This document shows positions 11,828 through 21,691 of a DNA stretch of 64,000 nucleotides, in pieces. Numbering within the stretch: position 1 is the stretch's first letter; each line of letters opens with the position of its first letter. The notes under the pieces are model-generated. The model was not told the origin of the DNA. It saw only the letters and a list, made by a program, of their open reading frames with translations, and did not search any database. Made by a program: the position numbers and the translations under genes. Source of the DNA: Haplodiscus bocki (lineage: Eukaryota); assembly GCA_965655095.1 (NCBI GenBank), contig OZ296652.1:3286001-3350000 (forward strand). Reading direction: 5' to 3'.

Positions 11828-13542
11828 AGTAAGTGGCACAGCCAATAATATAAGCGAGAGGCTGACTGGAAGGGAAGCCCGTGAGGAACGAAGTGACGAG
11901 CGAGCGTGGATAATGTCGGATAATATAAGTGGGACGAGCGATAGCGAGGAGCTACTGGTATTATCCGCAATATCCTATATTATTGGTCTAGTGGCAAGAT
12001 GGTTGATAAAGAAAGCATAAGTACGAAACATTTGAGGAAACGGAAAGATTAATCTCTCTGGCCTACTTTATAGTATAAAAAACACCAAGGCCAATTACAA
12101 ACTACAAGAAACCTCCAAAAGATCTACTGTCTACGACTACACTTTTGTTTCCACTTTTATTCGTTTGGAGACGCAGATAAAAGTGAATATTCTGAATAAA
12201 TAGGGAGGCTAGCTAGATTTTGGCCTACTCTGAAACATGGAAGATACCACTTTTAATGTTTTAAAAGTTTCCAGAAAATCCCAGAAACTGAACGGTTTCT
12301 TCTCAGTTAGGTTGCATGTGTAGTTGTGAAGATTAATCGTGAGCCACAACGAGCGAAAGTTGCGAATAATACCGCAAAAACAAGCTAATTTTGTAGACTG
12401 AAGATTGAACGAGAATTCTCGATTTTTTTCCCCAAAAAATGCATTAATTTTCGTTGGAATAAGTTTTGCACTTTCCACTCAATAAAAATGATGTCGTAGG
12501 GAAAAGAGCAAAAAGTCGGTCAAAAATAACAAAATAGATATTTTTTTGCGACCGAAAAATTAACTCAATATCGGAAATGATACAAAATCCAAATTTCCTG
12601 TCCCAATCTGAAAGCTTCGCGAAACTAGTGTATACACTTAGAAAAGAGATCACTTCCAATTCAAAAATGACCGTTTTTTTCTCCCAAAAAATGCCAAACT
12701 GAAAAAAAAGGGAAACATGGAGTGCAAAAAATGAAGTCGAGATGAGATTCGAACCCCGACACTCTTAGTAACCAAGTGCATATGATTGTCATCATCAGCT
12801 ACCAGCCCAAATGCTACCTGACTTCGGCTAAATTCATCCCACCATTATCTTTTGCTGGTCGTGAACTACACAAGAAAACGCGGGTCGACCGTATTAAGCT
12901 AGTGGTTTGCCAGGTAAAAATAAGCCCAAAAAAAGAAATGCATGTCATTTCATCGGGTCAGTGTTTAGTAGTAGCTAAAACGTGCCTTGTTTGGCAAAGG
13001 AGCGAAAATTCACAAAAAACTGCAGTTAGTTGATGCTCCCAGCTTTGAAACAGGAAAAAGATTTTAGCAACATTTCAATGCTTGCAGAAAACTTACCAAA
13101 AAAATGTAATTTTACATTGATATATGAAGGAACAGTAGCGAGAAATCTGGTTTGAATGGCAAAACTGCAAAAAAGTCCGTACAAAAAATGAGAATTTAGC
13201 CAAAATTAGACATTTGAAAGATTTTTGCAAAACTTTCATATTGCCACAAAATTTAAAAGAAATCGAAAAAGTGCAAAGTTGGCTGCTTCAAAAAACTGGA
13301 GAAAACTTTTCTTATCCGCGAAATTTAATAGAAAGTGAAATTCCATATGGATGCAGAATGAATTGCAGCAAGGCAGCTGATTTGATGGCCAAAAGGCCTA
13401 AAATCCCAGAAAAATTGCAAAGTTGTCACTGAAAGTTGCCTTTGTCACTGAAATGCAAGACTATCTCGGAAAGTCTCCACAGAATTTGACTTGCTGGAAT
13501 CCCAAAAACAATCCCAATGCAGCAAAAAGAAACAAACTGTAC

Positions 13543-13775
13543 CTGATGGCACGTGAAGCGGAAGGTTCCATGAGTTTCGGGTCTGAGCACTTCTGTGTAA
13601 ATGAGCTGCCCATCACCAGAACATGAAATGATTTTCTCATCATCCGAAAAAGGGAAAAACTTCGCTTTGAAGATGTTCGCCCTGTGACCTGACCCAATTG
13701 AGGTGAGGACCTTTCCCTGAAACGGGTCAGTTATCTTCAGAAGCAAGTCGTCAGATCCAGATAATATTAATCGAC
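13543..13775 (-). CDS. DCAF6: DCAF6 coding exon 2; downstream exons lie left of the window
   Basis: Acceptor ttttctgtttaag|. Joins exon 1 in phase to give GRLILSGSDDLLLKITDPFQGKVLTSIGSGHRANIFKAKFFPFSDDEKIISCSGDGQLIYTEVLRPETHGTFRFTCHQ (DCAF6 SGSDD, SGHRANIF, IVSCSGDG and FTCH motifs). Donor CAG|GTACAG, phase 0. Confidence 0.92.
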
Positions 13776-13989
13776 CTTAAACAGAAAAAGCTGATTGGTC
13801 CTTTGCGCACAAAAAAAACTTGGCAGAACCTTATTTTTTTTGCAAATCCTGTTATGGTCCTTGTTTCTATAGAGAAGAACAAGCACGGAAGCTCAATTTG
13901 GCACTTCCGACAGGACCGAAAATTACAGAGTATTATCACAAAAAAACATAGAGGCGAGGTGGAACTTCGCAACACATTCTGACCGGTCA

Positions 13990-14140
13990 TTTGAGATCAC
14001 AGATCGCATAAGACGTTTGAAACCATGATCGGAGATGAGATTGACACTTCTACAAAGACTACACAAGCTGTCAATTAAGAGTTTTTTTCGAAAAAGTCTT
14101 ATTGAGATAAGAATCTGTCACAGTGTCTGATAGTCGAAAA
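13990..14140 (+). repeat. Dispersed repeat, second copy at about 53810-53960
   Basis: gaaaccatgatcg.agatg.gattgacactt...agctgtcaat shared between the two sites. Confidence 0.7.
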
Positions 14141-15395
14141 GTTGATTCGCCAATCACGTCTTTCTAGATTCTCCATTCTGCAGCCCCCCAATTTTTGAAA
14201 GATTCACAACTTAAACAATGCAAAAATGAACAATGTTAGGTGCCCGAAAGACGTAACAAGTAAAAAATTCCGACTCTCAAAAATGGTTCATATTAGTCAA
14301 CAGCTTCAAAAGTTTCCTATCTTAGCAATCATGAAGACTTGTGACTCTTGATTTAAATATTGAAAAAAAAATTGAATAAATTCGGTCAAATAAGTATTAA
14401 GAACTTTCATAATCTGAGCCTAAAGCCGTTTTTTTCACAATTTGAGATTCTTGTCAATCATGACGACTTGCAATTCTTACATAGAACATCAACGAGATAT
14501 TTGCATGAATTCGGTCAATTTAGTGTAAATAATAAATCTAAACCTTAAATTTTTCACAATTTGAGATTCAGGACATGTGTCGATCTTGATGATTGACAGG
14601 CGGTGTATGGCGACTTGAAAAAAGTTCCGATGTCATCCGAGAGTTCAAATTATCCTCTAAAGTTTAATCAGTTACCAGTCGAAAATTTCGAACTATTTTT
14701 ATTTCAATGATTCTGTTTAGTTGGAAAAAATCCCAAAATACCAATTTTCAGATTTTAGGTCTTATTAATGTCTTCGAATCAACGCCAGAAAAGAAATTTG
14801 CGATCCTAAAACAGTTGGCATCACGATCAAAAGGTATTTGCTCAGAAATATTGTTACAAATTGTTTAGATAATCTTTATCTGATCATAGCAAATTTCATA
14901 TATTTGACCGATTTTATAATCCCGGAAAAACAAAAATTTTAGTAATTCCTTCAAATTGAAAACATAACCAGCCGCCCAGAGACGGACAGGACTTCGTAAT
15001 ATTTTTGGATAATCATAGGGTCCTCCCTTAACTCTTATTCCATTTTGCAGCGAATTGGAATAAATGAAATCAGAAGTTCCCGGGTTTAATACTCTTATTG
15101 ATTGGGTAATGAGAATTTTCTTCAATTTTATTGATTTTATCGTTCTCACCGCTACTACGATGGTCCTGTTTTGGAAAAAATTTCAAATAAATAGTTTTAA
15201 AATGTCGCACGGAAATCTTTATGTCGGACTAAGTTGCAAGATGTCGTACAAAAAAGAGTCAAAAAGCAAAAACCGAGTAGCAACATAAGTGCTTTGTAAA
15301 ATTAAAATTTTGCGAAAATAAAAAATTTCCGAAGTCCCAAAAATGGGCATCAGTGATTGGGCTGCTGAATCAAGAATGCACTGTACTATAATTAC

Positions 15396-15618
15396 CTTGA
15401 TCATTCCACATAATAGTATTGACACACCCGTCGTGAATTTCGACACATTTTGACAAATTCATTCTGTAGATGAAACCCAAGTGATCTTTGAACCCATTGA
15501 AGTTGTGCACACCCCCGGTTGCTCTGCCTCCCTCGGAAATGCCCCAGGGCGCCCATGTCCCTGCTGAGAGTCGCCGATGACGAAAAAACCAATCGGGTAA
15601 ACAGTAACGCTCTTCCAT
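15396..15618 (-). CDS. DCAF6: DCAF6 (WD40 DDB1-CUL4-associated factor 6) coding exon 1
   Basis: ATG at 15618 with in-frame upstream TAG. Encodes ...FIYRMNLSKCVEIHDGCVNTIMWNDQG, matching the DCAF6 N-terminal WD repeat (HDGCVNTICWNDTG). Donor G|GTAATT at 15395, phase 1. Confidence 0.9.
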
Positions 15619-17199
15619 GATCCTTCTCTACCTTTGTCTTGATAGATTTCCATTTCATTTAATTATGTAGAGTTAGTATTAGGGAGAAGTTCCACCGGAT
15701 CGATTTTAACAAACACTAGAAAATTTGATATTACATGATATTCGGACTCGAAATTATTCACAAAACAGGGATGTTGTGATGTTACAGAAATAATTTATTT
15801 GCGTCAATACTTCAATATGAAATATATATGTTTCAGTCGCCGGGCGCAGTGTAAATGTAAATTTGCCAATTGCACGATTTTGACAAAAAGTACAATTTTT
15901 GAATTGAAAAAAATTAAATGTGGAAGGCAGATGTGGCAACATTTGAAAACTCTTTTTTGTACCAAAGTTTACTTACTTTGAAAAAAATCTGATTTTAAAT
16001 GGGGAACTTTGCTGCACAAATCAAATTTTTTGTTCTAACGAGAAATTTTTAACAAAACTGAAAGGCAGAAAATATCCCGGTAGTAACCGGTCGTCCTGTT
16101 TTTCATATTAAATCGAACAAACGATTGACATTGTTTACCACAATGTCATAAAAACTCATTTTGAACAATTTTTTGCGAGTAGGGCACCTTGCAAACAATT
16201 TTGCATCAAGAAAACTTATTTCACTAATGCAGAAATGGAACTCTCGTACTTCAGAGCCCTGTCAAATTTGATGTTCTTGAAAATTCAGTTTTATCATTGA
16301 AGCAGCATATTCGGGTTATTTGGATAGAGCAGAAAAAATATCATCATCCACATTCTAAGGCCATTATTGCCTGTCAAACATCTTCATCCTGGTGAATCCA
16401 TGTCAACCTGGAAGGGAAAAACATAGGCATCACACAGTGCAAGGTCTTGACTGTAGACAATAATCGAGGAAAAACGCAGGCTTCAAGGAAGCAGGAAAAG
16501 GTATCAACGGTTAAATGTCTCAGTAAAAAAAACAGAGCAATGCAATTTCACAATTGACTGACAAATTTGAAAAAGCACAAAATATCATGCCAAATAAACG
16601 ACAAATTTCACAAGCTTGAATGAGTTTTGCAAACACTCGAAAGTGTGCTGAATTACTAAAGCAGGCCCCTCGAAAGAAAAACTAAGTAAATAGAGACATA
16701 TACGTTTTCACTAAGCAGAACAAACAGACCATTTTGGACAATATTCGCATATGGAGGTCCCAAAAAGGAGGCATAGGCAGACTATTTTCCAATAGCCCTG
16801 AATTTCAGTCTTCTTCCAATCACTCGCTTTATCCGTTCCGCAGTGCTGTTACCTTCCAATTGAGATTTCAGAATTTGGAGCTAAAATAGACGTAAAACAA
16901 AAAGCCTAAGCTATCGCTTCAAATCAAAAAAGGAGATAATAGGCCAATTTCAGGTAATTAATCACATAAATTGACAACATTGAAAATACGCCCCTTCGGT
17001 GAGTGACTATCGAAGAATTAAACTTATTGTCAGGCAATTTTCTCGGTAATGTCGAAAGTTTTTTTTTGACGGAAATCAGAACATAGTATGTGATTCTTTA
17101 AGCTCTATTCAATTAGTTCATGCTCAATTCAGATATTTTGAGGTCTGAACTGTTGATATGAACGACTTTGAATACGACATAGTAACGTGAAAAAGTCAA

Positions 17200-17700
17200 A
17201 AATGGAGCGAACTTTGAATCTTTCGCAAAACATCAAAACCTAACTTCAACAATAAAATAGTTGGTCGTAGAGAATAGTCTTCTTGTTACTTTCCTGAAAA
17301 ACTTAGGTGATTTGGAAGCCTAGCTGACAACATACAGGACTTCCATAACTATGAAGTTTTGTCAAAATCAGCTCTAGTTTCAAATTTCTTCCGAATAAGA
17401 ACAATCGAAAAATGATCAAAACCCAACCAAAAACTAATCTATCGCTGATAGAAGTCTTTCTAATTCATCTGTTCAAAATTCTGGTGATTTTGCTGACCAC
17501 GCGACAAAATATTGGGCATCGATCATGATAGAATACCCATAAATAGCCAGAAACGTCTCCGTTTTCAAGATTTTTGTAAAAAAACCAATCGAAAACGTTT
17601 CGGACCGCAAGCAAAATATTATTTGTAGCAGATTGGGATCTTTCGGTTACTTCAATGCGAAATGTGCTTTAGAGGCCTAGGTGACAAAATGTAGGACTTG
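17200..17700 (+). repeat. Degenerate satellite-like array of about 180 bp; related arrays near 23900-24250, 36750-37180 and 38050-38520
   Basis: Recurring atcgaaaa...gaccgcaa...ggtgatttggaggcctag..gacaaaata motifs at about 180-bp spacing. Confidence 0.6.
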
Positions 17701-18744
17701 AAACCTGATATGGGATCAGCAAGACACATACAAACTAAACAATCACAACAAATCGAACTGAAAGATTGAAAAATAGCAAAGGAAAAATCAATTGAAGCAT
17801 GTTTGGTGAAAATTTCGTGGGAGCCATGCAAAAGGTATCAATGATCCGAAAAAAGCAAATGGTAACAAAATATCCAAGGAAAGATGAAACTTTTCCCAAA
17901 AAAAATATTCCGGGATAACCCTCGAACGACAGTCAGCGGCGCCAGATGGGGCAATCAGTTCTGCAGTTACCTCACTTACAAAGCGGTATCAATACACTGT
18001 GAGAATCAAGAATTTAACCAGCAATGCATCAATTGGGCTAATCTTTTCCACATTCTCAACCCCGGGAAAAATGGACATGACGATGTTCCATATATATTTT
18101 CACCTTTGGCTTCGATATTAAAAAGAGTGGATAGAAATATCACGAGAATCAAATTGACGAAACCACAGAAAACTTGAATTTCTTAGCATCCACGAGAAGG
18201 TAAACTAAATCACTTCGCGGTTATACAAAGTGAATTGAGGTAGTCAAGCGAGTATCGAAATTGATTAGTAAATAGTGCGCTGATTTGTCAACCAATAATA
18301 TTCGGGGAAAAGTGATGCCCAAATGCTCAACGAACAATGCCCAAAGTCGACGCCGCCAGTAAGCCTCAAATATGTTTCAACTTTTCAAAGCAAATTCAGT
18401 CTACTAAAGAGAAGTACTGGAAACTTTCAAACCGCTACCAATCATCGCTCAGTAATTTCGGGTGGATAACCGAGAGTGGGCTTGATCTTGATTATCCTTT
18501 TTTCAACAACGAAACATCTTGACTCCAACACAGAGGCGAAGCTGCACATCGCAACACTTACGCCAAGGGAAAACTGGTTAAAAAATCGACTAAATATAGC
18601 TGATTTCTGAAGACGCCATGATACTACGAATACTGTTGATAACAAGTGTACAGAAACGGTTAATTCTTGTATATTTATATACAACCACGAAACACTCTAC
18701 TATTTCAATCATTTGATATTTTGAATAAAAACAATGATTCTCAA

Positions 18745-18816
18745 GCGACAATGGCACTGTCAGTAGAGTATGCGACTGCGGCGCGAACGGTCCCAGGTTC
18801 GAGCCTTGGCCACTCC
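18745..18816 (+). other. tRNA-like pseudo-sequence or SINE-like head
   Basis: TGGCACTGTCAG A-box-like; T-arm CCAGG-TTCGAGC-CTTGG. Confidence 0.5.
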
Positions 18817-19294
18817 CTCTTCTTTGGTCAAAATCTAATTCAAAAACATTTTGGCGAAAATGGCGGATAATTGAGGGCTAACTGCGGGGTATCACGACAT
18901 ATTTTGCAAATTGATTAAGTCTTCCGCAAAAAAATGGAAGCATACTTTCTTAAAGAAAATTCGGCTTACCAGCAATAAATTTAGTAATCCCTCGATTTCC
19001 ACCAGAATTCGCGCATCATCTTCGGGTGGATAGTCAACGGCGTTAGCTGGCCCGAGAATCGCCGCGCATTCGATTATCCCATTTTCATCAACGAAACGTC
19101 AAAAATGTGATCATTTATTTTGGTGTTGCTGTATTACAGTATTTGGCTGTCATTAACATCTGCCACAAAGCATTCCAGCAAAGGTTTCAGATATTCGTTT
19201 GGCGGATAATACAGGAAATAATGGGGGTATCACGACTATTCTGGGTGTTTGACTTCGCAAAAATTTACCGAAAATATTTTTTTAGAACTCCGTT

Positions 19295-19500
19295 ATTTGC
19301 AAAGGGGTATTATCGCAAAAGTTTTCGATAATTGTGCGTTCGGAAAAAAAATGGAAATGCAAAAGGGGTATCATAAAAAACGTCACGTGTTTGCGTTCCG
19401 GAACTTTCCTCGTTTTTCTAAAGGGGTATCAAAAAAATGATCACTGCTTGTTTCCCCAAAAAATTTAGAGTATATGAGAAAAGGGGATTCGCGAAATTTT
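19295..19500 (+). repeat. Degenerate tandem repeat of about 60 bp
   Basis: aaagggg(t)at recurs near 19301, 19362, 19420 and 19480. Confidence 0.6.
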
Positions 19501-20670
19501 TTCGTTTTTTGGAAATTTTGGAAGCTATGGTACAATTTGTAGCATCAGGACCACCAGTTTTGCGAATTTAATCACGTCTGCAAAACTTGATTAAATCAAT
19601 AGCGAGGTCTGTTATCTTTCAGTAGAGCGCCGACTAAAAATTGTATCACGTATTGTATCACAAAAATTGCTAATCACGTATTTTGATTGTCCACGGCAAT
19701 GCAAACTCCATGTTAGAACGAGGAAGCCGATAGCGTCCGAAATCAGCACCACGGATCAGGTAAAATTTTTCATGGGGGTTGTTAGCTTTGGGAATTTTCG
19801 AAGATTTTCAATATTTCCTTTTCCAATTTTTTTTTGGTTTAAGCCATAAGTAGTTTTTTCAACTAGCTACCACTAATGAATCACTAACGCTGGTCAAACA
19901 TTAAATTGATGGAAACACTTATACTACATGATCCCGATATTTGACAATTATTAGAGCCCAAACAACTCCACTCTGCGGTTTCCAAGGAATGGACGGAGAA
20001 ATTGGAATTTATTTCGATAGCTACGGTATGACTCCTTTAAATCCACTCCTTTTTACTAGAGCACAATTTCCCTCTAAGAGCGTCGGTAACGCTGTCAGTA
20101 ACACAAACCCTTTCAGCAAATACATCGCAAATTTTCCTTCAGCTCCCGAAGTTGAATTCTAATCGATGCAAGATGAAATTCTCTCAGTAGTCAAGCCTTC
20201 ATGTCCTAGTCTACCGCTTGTTTTTAAGACGATGAATTTCACAAAAGATGTTAAAATTAGAAAAATAAACTAGCAATTTCTACCAAGCACGAGCTCGTGA
20301 AAACAAAATGATTCATTAATTTAGAGTTCAAAGAAAACAAACAATCACCTACACCACATCCTTCCTCAATGTATCATTAATTCAAAGGGCACTTAAACAA
20401 ATTTAGTGGAACAAATATGGCACAGCATTCAAATATTCAAATAAATTACATCCCATGATATCGTAACAAATTGGTTATTGAGAAAAGCAATAAGTGTCAA
20501 AATACAAGCAACTCAAATTAATCATTAACTTCACTGACAATGCAACAATTTCAGTTGAAAAGACAATTCAAAAGAATGAAATTCATGAACTTGTGAATGC
20601 GGAATCGTGAAATTTTTGCCATCACAATTTGAAGTAGAGACCCCACTCAGGTCAAAATCAGTGGTTACAG

Positions 20671-20719
20671 TCATTGACCTTTAACCTGCTCTGAGGAGTG
20701 GCCACCGGGACACAAGGAT
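20671..20719 (-). CDS. USP37: USP37-like terminal coding exon
   Basis: tgtttcag|A TCC TTG TGT...CAA TGA. Phase 2 start matches the previous exon; encodes RSLCPGGHSSEQVKGQ*. Confidence 0.75.
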
Positions 20720-21034
20720 CTGAAACATGTAGAGTTTAGGCTAATTATGTTAATAAATATCGCACATTCCGATGACAAATACCAGTGATCCAAAAAAATT
20801 TCGCATTGAAACTTCCGAGCTTGAAAACATTTTGAAACCCCAATTTCTAGAGAAGTAACTTCTTTCGTATTTTGAAAAATTGCCCACAAAATGTGATAAA
20901 CGAAAAACGTTGCTGAAAGATGATCCTAAAACAGCCCAAACTTTTGAGCAGTGACCTATATATTCTTTTTATTTCGGGCTCCACTTTCTAAATTTTTTTT
21001 GCAGCGTCACACGTGAAATTTATTTGATACTAAC

Positions 21035-21324
21035 CGATGCGTGTAAAAGAAAATATATCCCGGTTTCTGCCGACTTGTCAGCACGTCCGCTTCTTCGCGA
21101 CTGCTGACAGTTTCGTCATCGAAGCAACACCAAGTACCAGTTTCTGGGTTGAAAACATCACTGACGTAATGACCCACCGAAGCGGACTGGCCCAAGTGAC
21201 AGATAATACTCGTGAGCTGGTACGAATAAGCTGAAAAGTCGTCTGATGCTGATGATGAAATTTTGGTTTGTTCAGAAACCGTGTGAGTGTTTGCTTCTTC
21301 CCGAAGTGCAAGTTTGGGTTCATT
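21035..21324 (-). CDS. USP37: USP37-like catalytic His-box exon
   Basis: YQLTSIICHLGQSASVGHYVSDVFNPETGTWCCFDDETVSSREEADVLTSRQKPGYIFFYTHR is a USP His box of USP26/29/37 type (GHY.SDV...GYIFFY). Splice sites tttttag| and CG|GTTAGT. Confidence 0.92.
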
Positions 21325-21608
21325 CTAAAAAGACAGAATTTTAAATTGAAGACAAAGTGGATACTGTTAGTCGATTTTGAATAAACTATTTTTTGAGCAA
21401 AAAGTGAAGAGCTTCTGATGCCATTTTTTAAACCACACAAAGATTTACCACCAAAAATTGAAATTAAGACTACAAGAATTCTCATAAATCAGTTTGTCAA
21501 GCTCTGTTAGCCATCATCTCTAAATTCTCAAATCCACTCAATATACCGAGATTAGTTTCCAAATTAACATCATGCTGCATCGAAGTTGTGTAACAGGAAA
21601 AAACTAAC

Positions 21609-21691
21609 ATATCCACAGAAATGATTTGATTCACAGTCATTCTTCGCCTCGCATACATCAACGTCGTCTCCTTTTTGCTCTTTCTTAATAT
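21609..21691 (-). CDS. USP37: USP37-like small internal exon
   Basis: gttccag|AT ATT AAG...GGA TAT|gttagt. 83 nt, phase 1 to 0, links the flanking exons in frame. Confidence 0.7.

Larger units (their letters stand above)
8145..12143. mobile_element. Terminal fragment of a Polinton/Maverick-like element (longest copy)
   Basis: Very AT-rich, compact decayed ORFs, subterminal 146-bp repeats and hairpin. Ends ...ctactgtctacgactacact (reverse complement AGTGTAGTCGTAG). Shares terminal motifs with the pPolB/integrase-bearing element at 54493. Confidence 0.65.
1..13580. repeat. Head-to-tail segmental array in DCAF6 intron 2: partial unit 1-1169, then units 1170-4730, 4731-8144 and 8145-13580
   Basis: Near-identical blocks recur at offsets of about 3562, 3414 and 5436 (e.g. 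ORFs at 33, 3595, 7009, 12444). The last copy runs on into the true exon 2. Confidence 0.97.

Noticed and set aside
11930-11960. cgagcgatagcgag...CTGG|T as a Helitron 3' end, making the array a Helitron read-through capture
   Set aside because: The motif lies in the loop of a larger inverted repeat that continues past it, and a Polinton-type terminus matching the 54493 element occurs at 12143. Helitron origin is less likely but not excluded.
16250-16880. Exon-like segments (LQILKSQLEG...AIGK*; acceptor near 16408) between USP37 and DCAF6
   Set aside because: No recognisable protein or upstream exon chain. They could be UTR exons but are unsupported.
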